Origin: Candidatus Algichlamydia australiensis
Lineage (GTDB): Bacteria > Chlamydiota > Chlamydiia > Chlamydiales > JAJFMI01
DNA length: 64,000 bases
Direction: 5' to 3'
Assembly: GCA_033977065.1 (NCBI GenBank)
Contig: JAXCHI010000003.1
Coordinates: 320,001 to 384,000 of the forward strand
Position numbers and translations under genes: made by a program. Positions 55,914 to 64,000 of the stretch are shown piece by piece. The notes beneath the pieces were generated by a model. It was given only the letters and a program-made list of their open reading frames with translations, searched no databases and was not told the origin of the DNA. How positions within the stretch are numbered: position 1 is the stretch's first letter; each line of letters starts with the position of its first letter.

Positions 55914-57178
55914 AAAAACACCTTCTTCTCACTCTTTTTCTCCTCACATCTTGTGCAACAAGAGTTTCGCAAGACCCTGAGCAGATGACTACTCTGCAAA
56001 TTGTCGATCGCAACGGCTTTAGTGAAACCATTAGTTCCAAAGATCGATTAAAAAAATTCCAAACCGCTAATTTTTTTGCTTCACAGCCCTACCGCAAAGT
56101 GATGCGTCTCTACCCGCATGATCCGCAAGGACGTATTCCCTCTAAAATCACAAGCTACCATGAGAATGGCTCCATTTGGCAATATTTAGAAGTCTCCTCA
56201 GGCAGAGCTAATGGGATCTATCGCGAGTGGCTGCCCAATGGCACTCTGCATTTGGAAGCACAAGTCATCGAAGGAATTGGAGATCTTCATTTTGAAGCGC
56301 AAGAGAGCTGGGTTTTTGATGGAATCAATCGCGTCTTTGATGAGCAGGGAAGAGTTTCAGCAGAAATCGCCTATCAGCATGGTGTTCAGCAAGGCAATAC
56401 CTATTTTTACTATCCAAATGGCGCTGTAAAACAGCTCATTCCGTTTGATAAAGGTGTGATTGAAGGAGAGTTACAACTCTTTGATAAAGAGGGTAACTTG
56501 ATCGGAGCTTCGCTCTATCACAACGGGCTCCTTTCAGGTAGATCCTATTTTTTGGGAGATAAAGAGCAGCCCGCTTTTGAGGAGGAGTACTTGCGAGGCA
56601 CTTTAGAGACAGGAACTTACTACGATTTTTCAGGAAAAGTTTTTTCTCAAGTCATTGACGGACATGGAGAGAAACCGAACTATCATGAGTCCATGCTTTA
56701 TGAAATAGCAGAGTACCGCTCTGGCAGACCCGAGGGACTTGTTAAGCGATTTGCTAAAGAGGGCTTTATCGAATCGGAGTTTATGGTAAAAGAGGGGATG
56801 CGCCATGGAGAAGAGCGCGTCTTCTTTCCTTCAAAAAAAGGAAGCGCACCAAAAGTGAAGCTTACACTTGACTGGTACGAAGATGAAGTCCATGGTATGG
56901 TCAAGACTTATTATAAAAATGGAATGCTCGAGAGCCAGCGTGAGACTTCCCATAACAAAAAACAAGGAATGGCTTTTGCCTGGTACCGTGACGGCAACTT
57001 AATGCTAGTTGAAGAGTATGAGAATGACCGGTTAATTAAAGGAAGCTACATGAAGCCGGGAGAAAAAGATCCTACTACAACAGTTGCAAATGGTGAAGGA
57101 GAGGCACTTCTCTATGACGGTTATGGAACTTTTGTGAGGCGTGTGAGATATGAGAATGGAAGACCCCAAGACAGTTGA
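55910..57178 (+). CDS. MORN/YwqK-repeat lipoprotein
   Basis: Lipobox LTSC; repeated YYPNG/YHENG/WYRDG motifs. Confidence 0.88.
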   Translation: MKKHLLLTLFLLTSCATRVSQDPEQMTTLQIVDRNGFSETISSKDRLKKFQTANFFASQPYRKVMRLYPHDPQGRIPSKITSYHENGSIWQYLEVSSGRANGIYREWLPNGTLHLEAQVIEGIGDLHFEAQESWVFDGINRVFDEQGRVSAEIAYQHGVQQGNTYFYYPNGAVKQLIPFDKGVIEGELQLFDKEGNLIGASLYHNGLLSGRSYFLGDKEQPAFEEEYLRGTLETGTYYDFSGKVFSQVIDGHGEKPNYHESMLYEIAEYRSGRPEGLVKRFAKEGFIESEFMVKEGMRHGEERVFFPSKKGSAPKVKLTLDWYEDEVHGMVKTYYKNGMLESQRETSHNKKQGMAFAWYRDGNLMLVEEYENDRLIKGSYMKPGEKDPTTTVANGEGEALLYDGYGTFVRRVRYENGRPQDS

Positions 57179-57716
57179 AGAATTAAAAGAGAGTTTACGT
57201 CTTTTTCTCAAAGAGAAGCGGAGTAAAGTAACAAAAAAGCATCGCAACTGGGCGCGTGAAGATCTGCTTAATGAGCTCGTGCCTGTTCTTAAGCTCTTTC
57301 CCGCTGTACTCTCCTTTGCCAATACGGAAGAAGAGATTGATCTCTCTCCCCTCAATGAAATTTTAGCAAAAGAGAAACGCCTTCTCCTTCCAAGAGTTGA
57401 GGAGGGGCAGATCGTTCCCTACTTCGTAACAGATTTGGAAAACGGTCTTAAGTTCTCGAAATGGAAAGTTCGCGAGCCCGATCCTACCCGCTGCCAGAAA
57501 GCAAACCTTGAGAAAGTTCACTGCGTACTGGTTCCAGGCTTAGGGTTCGATTCGCTTAAACATCGCCTTGGTTATGGGAAGGGTTGTTATGATAAACTTC
57601 TGCAAAAACTGCCCCAAACACCCGCTTTTGGCCTCGGCTTTAAGGAGCAGCTAATTTCGGATCACTTGCCCACTGGCCCTCACGATCGCCGTCTCACAAG
57701 GCTTTATCTCTATTAA
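57150..57716 (+). CDS. ygfA: 5-formyltetrahydrofolate cyclo-ligase
   Basis: LVPGLGFD..RLGYGKGCYDK motif. Confidence 0.93.
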   Translation: MRMEDPKTVEELKESLRLFLKEKRSKVTKKHRNWAREDLLNELVPVLKLFPAVLSFANTEEEIDLSPLNEILAKEKRLLLPRVEEGQIVPYFVTDLENGLKFSKWKVREPDPTRCQKANLEKVHCVLVPGLGFDSLKHRLGYGKGCYDKLLQKLPQTPAFGLGFKEQLISDHLPTGPHDRRLTRLYLY

Positions 57717-57748
57717 TATCAACATCTTACATCTTGATCTTGTAAAAA

Positions 57749-57796
57749 GTGACAGATTTGTCATTTTTTGCTAGTATAAAGTGACAAATCTGTCAC
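57749..57796 (+). promoter_or_regulatory. Pair of palindromic operator-like sites upstream of the AAA ATPase gene
   Basis: gtgacagatttgtcat (57749-57764) and gtgacaaatctgtcac (57781-57796) flank a tagtataaa -10-like element. Confidence 0.65.
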
Positions 57797-57809
57797 AAAT
57801 GGATGGTTT

Positions 57810-59120
57810 ATGAAGCGTAAACTAATGAAAAATCTTCTTTTGTGGAAAAAGAAAAAAGATCGCAAGCCTCTCTTGGTCAAAGGGGTAAGACAAGTTGGAA
57901 AGACGCACTTACTCAAAAATTTCGGAAAAGATAATTTTCCTCAATACCATTACATAAATTTTGAAAAAATGCCTAAAATGGCCACGATTTTTGAGCCAGA
58001 TCTCGATCCAAAAAGAATTCTCTCTGATTTGAGCTTTTATCTAGGAAAATCGATCCAGGTTGGTAAAGACTTGCTCATCTTTGATGAGATTCAGGAGTGT
58101 CCCAAAGCTCTAACTAGTTTGAAGTATTTTCAGGAAGAGATGCCAAAACTCCATCTTTGCGGGGCAGGCTCTCTTTTAGGGCTTCATCTTAACTCTGGTT
58201 CTTTTCCAGTTGGTAAAGTTACATTTGAAACCTTGCGACCTTTAAGTTTTGAAGAGTTCTTATGGGCAACAAAGAGCAAGTCGCTTCCTTACTACGAAAA
58301 TCCGAAAAAAATTTCCTCTGTTATTCATGAATACCTTTGGGAGGAGCTTAAACACTATTTCATTGTAGGAGGACTTCCTGAGGTAGTAAAGGTCTATTGC
58401 GAAAAAAAGGAAAACCTTTTTGAGGCTTTCTCAGAGGTAAGAAAAAAACAAGATGATCTTCTTAAATCGTATTATGCAGATATTGCGAAACACTCCGGAA
58501 AAGTAAATGCAATGCATATCGATCGTGTTTTGAATTCAATTCCAGCACAAATGAGTCAAGTTCATGATGGATCGATCACACGCTATAAATTCCGTGGTGT
58601 TGTTCCTGGAATTACTCACTACGATCGTATAGTTGGAGCAATTGATTGGCTTGAAGCAACAGGACTTGCGGTCAAAATTTCTATTGTTAATAGTGCGAAT
58701 CTTCCTTTCAGGGCTTATACAAAAGAGAACGCATTTAAACTGCTTCTTTTTGATGTAGGAATTTTAGGTAGTATGGCTGGTCTCTCACCAAATGTCCTTT
58801 TAAAAGCAACATATGGAAGCTACAAAGGCTATTTTGCAGAAAATTTTGTGGCACAAGAGTTGCTTGCAAGTGGTCAAGAAGATCTTTATTGCTGGCAAGA
58901 AAAGAGAATGGAGGTTGAGTTTATTCTCGATGTTCAAGGAGAAGTAATCCCAATGGAGGTAAAAGCAGGTCGTATTACAAAAGCGAAAAGCCTGCACATT
59001 TTTGCAGAAAAATATCGACCGCCTTTTCAAGTTATATTTAGTGGAAAGCCTTTTTGTGAAAAACCAAAAATAAAACTATATCCACTCTATCTTGCAGGAA
59101 AATATAATGGTTATATGTGA
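57810..59120 (+). CDS. AAA_14 ATPase with DUF4143 C-terminal domain
   Basis: GVRQVGKT, IFDEIQ, GGLPE, AENFV and EVEFI...PMEVKAG motifs. Confidence 0.92.
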   Translation: MKRKLMKNLLLWKKKKDRKPLLVKGVRQVGKTHLLKNFGKDNFPQYHYINFEKMPKMATIFEPDLDPKRILSDLSFYLGKSIQVGKDLLIFDEIQECPKALTSLKYFQEEMPKLHLCGAGSLLGLHLNSGSFPVGKVTFETLRPLSFEEFLWATKSKSLPYYENPKKISSVIHEYLWEELKHYFIVGGLPEVVKVYCEKKENLFEAFSEVRKKQDDLLKSYYADIAKHSGKVNAMHIDRVLNSIPAQMSQVHDGSITRYKFRGVVPGITHYDRIVGAIDWLEATGLAVKISIVNSANLPFRAYTKENAFKLLLFDVGILGSMAGLSPNVLLKATYGSYKGYFAENFVAQELLASGQEDLYCWQEKRMEVEFILDVQGEVIPMEVKAGRITKAKSLHIFAEKYRPPFQVIFSGKPFCEKPKIKLYPLYLAGKYNGYM

Positions 59121-59151
59121 TTTTTGTCATAAACCTAATTATGAGGAAAAA

Positions 59152-59433
59152 ATGACTTCAGCAGTCGCGAAGGGAGCTTGGGCACTAGCTCAAAAACTTG
59201 AACCCATCACGGCAGCGATGCCTACTTTTGCGGTCATTATGAGTGTAGGGCACTTTATTCACGCTCGCAATGCAGACGTAAATTGCTGGAAGAAAAATTT
59301 AGCTATGGCTGGAGCTCTTCTTCTCTTATCTTCCTCCACTCTATACAATCGAAGCTTTGGTATTATCGTTTCTACGATTGCTTGTATTGCATCTCAAGCG
59401 ATTACTCAAAGCAATTGTAAACACAAAAATTAA
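59152..59433 (+). CDS. Small membrane protein
   Basis: ATG 59152 with GAGG SD; several hydrophobic segments. Confidence 0.55.
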   Translation: MTSAVAKGAWALAQKLEPITAAMPTFAVIMSVGHFIHARNADVNCWKKNLAMAGALLLLSSSTLYNRSFGIIVSTIACIASQAITQSNCKHKN

Positions 59434-59762
59434 CTGTTTTTTTCAGGGGGTTGCTGTTGATCCGGTTTGCAAAAGCGACGACCAGATGAGGCCTGGGCAG
59501 GGACGGTATAGCCTGTTCCTACATTCTGTTGAACACCATACTCATTGCCATCTTTACAGTACCAGATAACTGTGTAGGGGGTTTGAGAGAAAGTTTGGGT
59601 ATTTTGTGTCGTATCTTGCCACTTGAATTGATGCTGGGGGGTGAGCTGAATGGTTCCTTTATCAGTACCGTCTGCTGCAATGATTTGCGCTTTGAGCGTG
59701 AAAGGCGAGTCGTTATAGAGAACAATTGAGATGGCAAATAGCGGAAAGAGCAGAAAATTCAT
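59430..59762 (-). CDS. Small exported protein, paralog 3 of 3
   Basis: ATG 59762 (ATGA overlap); NDSPFTL...PYTVIWYC..EYGV...AQASSGRRFC. Confidence 0.8.
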   Translation of the reverse strand: MNFLLFPLFAISIVLYNDSPFTLKAQIIAADGTDKGTIQLTPQHQFKWQDTTQNTQTFSQTPYTVIWYCKDGNEYGVQQNVGTGYTVPAQASSGRRFCKPDQQQPPEKNS

Positions 59763-60076
59763 GGACCACTCTCCTCTTTTGTAGGTTGGCAGCGCCTTGC
59801 GCCTGATGCACTTTGTGCATTGCAAGTTGTACTTGCTGCAACTTTATAATTTACTCCATATTCTGCTCCGCTTAAGCATGTCCAAAGAACCGCAAAAGGA
59901 CCTTCCGAATAAGAAGTGAGATTTTGATAAGTCTCATTCCATTTGAAATAGGAATTAGGAGGAAGAGTCATCTTTGATACAGGTTTTAAATCCTTATCAA
60001 AGAGTTCAGCATTCAGCGTATAGGGGCTATCATTTTTTAAAATGACTGAGGCTGCAAGAAAGAGAAGGAAAATCAT
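59759..60076 (-). CDS. Small exported protein, paralog 2 of 3
   Basis: NDSPYTL...PFAVLWTC..EYGV...AQSASGARRC. Confidence 0.8.
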   Translation of the reverse strand: MIFLLFLAASVILKNDSPYTLNAELFDKDLKPVSKMTLPPNSYFKWNETYQNLTSYSEGPFAVLWTCLSGAEYGVNYKVAASTTCNAQSASGARRCQPTKEESGP

Positions 60077-60408
60077 GGACCCTCCTCTGGGGTCGACTTA
60101 TGGCAGTAACGGGCGCCTGCTGATTCTTGCGCTGATGTGATGGCACCTGAGCCAATGTTGTAAGAGACCCCATACTCAGCGACGCTTGTACATGTCCAGA
60201 TGACAGAGTAGGGAGCATTTGTACCGGGCTCTGTAGGTCCATAAGATTCACTCCAGGAAAAGAGATCATTTGGCTCGATGCTCATTGAGGTGAGAGTTAT
60301 TCCTGCGTTACTAATAATTGTAGCTCCTAAGGTGTAGGGGCTATCATTTTTTAGCGTAATGGAAGAGCCAAAAAGGGTAAGAGGGAGTAGAAAAAGAGAT
60401 CTTTTCAT
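60073..60408 (-). CDS. Small exported protein, paralog 1 of 3
   Basis: NDSPYTL...PYSVIWTC..EYGV...AQESAGARYC. Confidence 0.8.
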   Translation of the reverse strand: MKRSLFLLPLTLFGSSITLKNDSPYTLGATIISNAGITLTSMSIEPNDLFSWSESYGPTEPGTNAPYSVIWTCTSVAEYGVSYNIGSGAITSAQESAGARYCHKSTPEEGP

Positions 60409-62006
60409 CTTATGTCATGTTTAAATGAGGCCCACTTAAAGTCAATACTTCCTGTCTCTGTGAGTACGACATTTTGTAGGTTATCATCTTGCACGTAGAG
60501 CATAGTAAAGTAAAAAATTGGCATAACGGGCATTTCAGATACAAGAGTTGTTTCACATTTTGCCAAAAGCTATTTTCTTTCTTCTTTATTTTGAAGCGTG
60601 TAAGTCTCTTCAAGCTGGCTTGCAAACTCTTCGTTTGACCAGCCAGTGTTATTCGTTCCATTTTCTTTAGAAGCAAAGACTTCTAAGAAATTGATAGGGT
60701 CGTTGTAATCGGCAATCCAGGAGCCACATGCAAGTTGGTAATCTTGCTTGCGGACGCGGTCAAAATAAACTTTACTCTCAACGGACTCAAGTGCAATACG
60801 AACACCTAGCGCCTCGTTCCACTGCTCTTGGATCGCTTGTGCGATGCGGTGGTTGCGATCGGAGTTTGAGTAGGAGAGGCGAATTTCAGGAAGCTCACTT
60901 AGCCCGAGCTCCTCTTTGGCTTGCTGAAATAGCTCTCTTGCTCTCTCAATGTCGTGATCTGTAAAAAGAGGGGTTTCTTGCAACCCCATACTATCGGGAA
61001 CTATGCCTGTAGCAACAATTTGATTCCCTTGGGTTACATGCTCAATAATCGCTTCTCTATTGATCGCAAGAGAAAACGCTTTTCTAAAATTTGGGTGATT
61101 AAAAGGAGCGACTTCTGTGTTTGTGCGAATCCAGTAGGTACCTAAAAATGGTTTTACGCGGAGGTTTTTGCTTTCTCTTAATGTAGTAATGGCATCTGTT
61201 GGAATTGTGCTATGAGGAGATCCTTCCCAATGTAGTTCGCGGTTTTCAAACATAGAAAATCCCGTCTTTTCATCAACCATGCTCATTTCGATTTTTGCCA
61301 TCTGCACTGCTTTTTCATCCCAGTAGCGCGAATTTTTTTCTGCGATCATCTGATTGTGATGTCGCCACTCACTCAAAACAAAGGGGCCGTTACAAATAAA
61401 ACTTTGGCTGTTTTGCGACCAGTTGGGATTTACCCGGTCAACTTTTGCATTTACAGGGAAATAAATCGGGGCGGCGAGTAGATCTAAAAAATAGGGGGTA
61501 GGATTCTCTAATTTGATTGCAAGTGTTTTTGAATCAAGAGCCTTAACTCCAAGGAAGCTCATCGGAAGTTTTCCCTCTTTGATTGACTTTGCGTTTTTGA
61601 TTGGGTAGAGTTGAGCCGCTTGATCGCAGGGGAAATTTGGGGAGAGTGCTTTCTTCCATGCATAGACAAAGTCGTCTGCAGTTAAACCCTCTCCATTTGA
61701 CCAAGAGGTGTTGCGTAATTGAAAAGTGTAGAGCCTTCCATCTTCAGAAAGTTCATAGCTTTTGGCCGCAGCAAGAGAAGCTTTTCCATCGGCATCAGCG
61801 CGAGTAAGCCCTTCAAAGAACATCTTTATAAGATTTATATCCCCTAGAGAGCGCGCTCTTCTTGGGTCTAATGTTCCCGGTTCCTGACCAATATTGATCT
61901 TAAGAGCAGTTTTGCACTCTCTCTTTTTTGATGCTGCGGATGAGCTATCTTTATTACAACCTGTTACTGCAAGAATTCCAAATAAGAGAAGAGCAATCTT
62001 TTTCAT
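60405..62006 (-). CDS. oppA: Oligopeptide ABC transporter substrate-binding lipoprotein, interrupted by one in-frame TAG at 60570-60572
   Basis: Lipobox VTGC; EPGTLDP, NGPF and WIADYNDP motifs. After the TAG the same frame continues LLAKCETTLVSEMPVMPIFY...GSIDFKWASFKHDIR*. Confidence 0.92.
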
Positions 62007-62070
62007 GACCGAAACCTTTTTTAAAAGGTTATAGTCCTTTAAGATTTATTCTTCAATACGCTCTTTTAAT

Positions 62071-62238
62071 TTACGCGCAGGGATCACAAGGATCTTCTTT
62101 AGGGCAGTTTGGGTGTTGTTGACCCTGTTCTGTTGGCTGTGACATTTTTTGAGTCGGTTGCTGCTGTGTGTTATTACAGCTAGTAGCACCGAATAAAAAT
62201 AAGCAAACAAATAAAATAGATGCTTTGAACTTTTTCAT
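62071..62238 (-). CDS. 55-aa Gln-rich, Cys-containing lipoprotein (OmcA-like), not in the ORF track
   Basis: AAGGAG SD; MKKFKASILFVCLFLFGATSCNNTQQQPTQKMSQPTEQGQQHPNCPKEDPCDPCA*. Confidence 0.8.
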   Translation of the reverse strand: MKKFKASILFVCLFLFGATSCNNTQQQPTQKMSQPTEQGQQHPNCPKEDPCDPCA

Positions 62239-62282
62239 GGTTTAAACTCCTTTTTTTTCACATTATTTGTTATAGTTATTTT

Positions 62283-62996
62283 ATGCAAATTACTCTTGCA
62301 AATGCTCCTGTTTTTCACTCCCACAGCTTAAACGAATTGTTTGATGGAGAGATGCAGCTCGATGATCAAGGGCTTTTTCGACCGCTCGAGCTTATTCTTT
62401 TTGAGGGGACACAAGTTGAAGTTTTAGGAGAGGAGGAGGATTTTTTTGAAGTTCGAATTTGCCACTATCCCTCTCAGGTACCCCTTTATGTTCCTAAAAT
62501 TTTTATTGGCAGAGGTGCTCCTAAAAAGCGTGTAATGCCAACAAGAGAACAACTTTTGGAGAGACTCTACTCAAAGCTCGGTCTTCCCTACATATGGGGA
62601 GGGAATTGTTCAGCTGGTATTCCCGAGATGCTCACTCTCTTTCCACCGAAAAATCTTCTTACTGAAGAGGAGGAGGCGCGTTGGACATTTCGTGGGCTTG
62701 ATTGTTCTGGGCTTCTGTATGAAGCAACAGATGGCTTAGTGCCGCGCAACACAGCCTCGATGATGGAATTTGGAGAGCCGGTAACGGGCGATTTAGAGCC
62801 GCTCGACCTGATTCTCTTCAAAGGGCATGTACTCTTTGTAGCGGAAGAGGGGAAGGTAATTGAGAGTCACTTAGCTGATGGTGGCGTAGTGCTGCACAAT
62901 TTGAAAGAGCGTTTAGACGCAATTCAAGAGCCGCTATCATTTAGACGTTTTTCAAAAATTTTGCGCAACTCTTCCCTCTCAAAATCACTCTCTTGA
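62283..62996 (+). CDS. NlpC/P60 peptidase with SH3-like N-terminus (YkfC-like)
   Basis: GLPYIWGG, GLDCSGL, GHV and IESH motifs; no signal peptide. Confidence 0.9.
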   Translation: MQITLANAPVFHSHSLNELFDGEMQLDDQGLFRPLELILFEGTQVEVLGEEEDFFEVRICHYPSQVPLYVPKIFIGRGAPKKRVMPTREQLLERLYSKLGLPYIWGGNCSAGIPEMLTLFPPKNLLTEEEEARWTFRGLDCSGLLYEATDGLVPRNTASMMEFGEPVTGDLEPLDLILFKGHVLFVAEEGKVIESHLADGGVVLHNLKERLDAIQEPLSFRRFSKILRNSSLSKSLS

Positions 62997-63394
62997 TAGA
63001 GGGGTTTTCCCTTTTTTTTCTTTAGTTTGCGATGAGCAAGAATTAAAAAATCTTCTGCCGAAAGAGTGGGAATGCCAAACTCTTTTGCTGAAAACGCAAG
63101 CGGTCGATCAGATGTAACGAGGGTTGTTTCTTTCGGTTTTTTGTTCAGAGAGAGGATTTCAAGGAGGTAGCGGTCAGCGCAAAGATCACGGGGGGCAAAA
63201 ATAATTTCAAGGTTTCCCCTTTTTGATTGAACGGGAAGATCAGATCCGCTCTCCTTATGGCTATCAAAAACAACGCGGATACTTAAAGGGATTTTAGCAA
63301 GAAACTCTACTAACTCTTTGCGCGTAGCTTCAACATCATCTGGTTGAGGTCTGATACGGAAGAGCAAATTGTAACCATCAACAAGGTATTCCAA
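62924..63394 (-). CDS. NYN domain (YacP-like) ribonuclease
   Basis: YLVDGYN, VVFD, ADRY and VTSDR motifs. Confidence 0.9.
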   Translation of the reverse strand: MEYLVDGYNLLFRIRPQPDDVEATRKELVEFLAKIPLSIRVVFDSHKESGSDLPVQSKRGNLEIIFAPRDLCADRYLLEILSLNKKPKETTLVTSDRPLAFSAKEFGIPTLSAEDFLILAHRKLKKKKGKPLYQESDFEREELRKIFEKRLNDSGS

Positions 63395-63983
63395 TAGATT
63401 CGAGGGTCAAGAGGATTTTATCGAAGGCCTTGCTTCTGTGCGAGATGCGGTTTTTGACATCTTCTGTAAGCTCAGCAATCGTTTTATTGTAGTCATACTT
63501 GATGAAGATTGGATCGTATCCAAACCCTTGATTGCCGCGTGGTTCCGTGATGAGGGAGCCTTCGCAAGTTCCTGTCACACACTTAATAAGATTGCCGCTC
63601 TCATCACAAAGAGCCATGGCACACTCAAATCTAGCAAGGCGTTTTTCTGGCTTAATATTTTTGAGCTCTCCAATAATTTTTTCTAAATTCTCTTTGTTGG
63701 TGGCGTTTTTTCCCGCATAGCGTCGAGAACGAATACCAGGCCGTCCATCAAGTGCAGGAACAACTAGCCCAGAATCATCGGCAAGAGTCATTACTTTTAA
63801 CTCTTTAGCCGCGGAAGAGGCTTTTAAAATGGCGTTCTCTTCAAACGTCTGTCCCGTCTCTTCAGGCAGGACAAAATTGGGAAAGTCGCGCAGAGAGAGA
63901 AGTTCTAAATTTTTGTACTTGGTTAAAATTGCGCGGATTTCGCGCAACTTATGCAAGTTTGAAGTGGCGAGTAAAAGTTTCAT
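63378..63983 (-). CDS. rdgB: Non-canonical purine NTP pyrophosphatase (RdgB/HAM1)
   Basis: ATSNLHK, ENAILKA, DDSGL, GFGYDP and SHR motifs. Confidence 0.97.
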   Translation of the reverse strand: MKLLLATSNLHKLREIRAILTKYKNLELLSLRDFPNFVLPEETGQTFEENAILKASSAAKELKVMTLADDSGLVVPALDGRPGIRSRRYAGKNATNKENLEKIIGELKNIKPEKRLARFECAMALCDESGNLIKCVTGTCEGSLITEPRGNQGFGYDPIFIKYDYNKTIAELTEDVKNRISHRSKAFDKILLTLESIGIPC

Positions 63984-64000
63984 GCAAAATAGTTGCGAAT

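Noticed and set aside
60410..60676. 88-aa ORF suggesting an oppA frameshift
   Set aside because: The true OppA C-terminus is in the original frame after a TAG; this ORF is a different frame.
1..64000. CRISPR array, rRNA or group II intron
   Set aside because: No regularly spaced repeats, cas genes, rRNA signatures or RT motifs seen.

Overview
Chromosomal window from an environmental chlamydia (phylum Chlamydiota, Simkaniaceae/Rhabdochlamydia-like). The assignment rests on the thrS-parA-pGP6-D and recC-MFS gene order and on MOMP-, CT623- and Lpg1974-family outer-membrane proteins. The first ~15.7 kb is a minus-strand accessory operon with closely spaced or overlapping genes: two paralogous proteins with STN/FecR-C-like C-termini, a ~4000-aa protein starting with four tandem pesticin-type muramidase domains followed by a long beta-rich region, and a further >=644-aa ORF that runs off the left edge and is missing from the ORF track. 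This operon is the best candidate for an undescribed system. Next come dacB, an AT-rich islet of eukaryote-like effector candidates (methyltransferase-ankyrin, U-box, ankyrin) containing a displaced copy of the recD 3' end, recBCD, an IS1595-derived non-autonomous cassette with a HicA-like passenger, and then mostly housekeeping and envelope genes plus tRNA-Pro(GGG). Several 120-170 bp palindromic elements resembling Rickettsia RPEs or MITEs occur; one is inserted in frame in recD. oppA carries a single in-frame TAG. All calls come from reading motifs by eye; no database searches were run.
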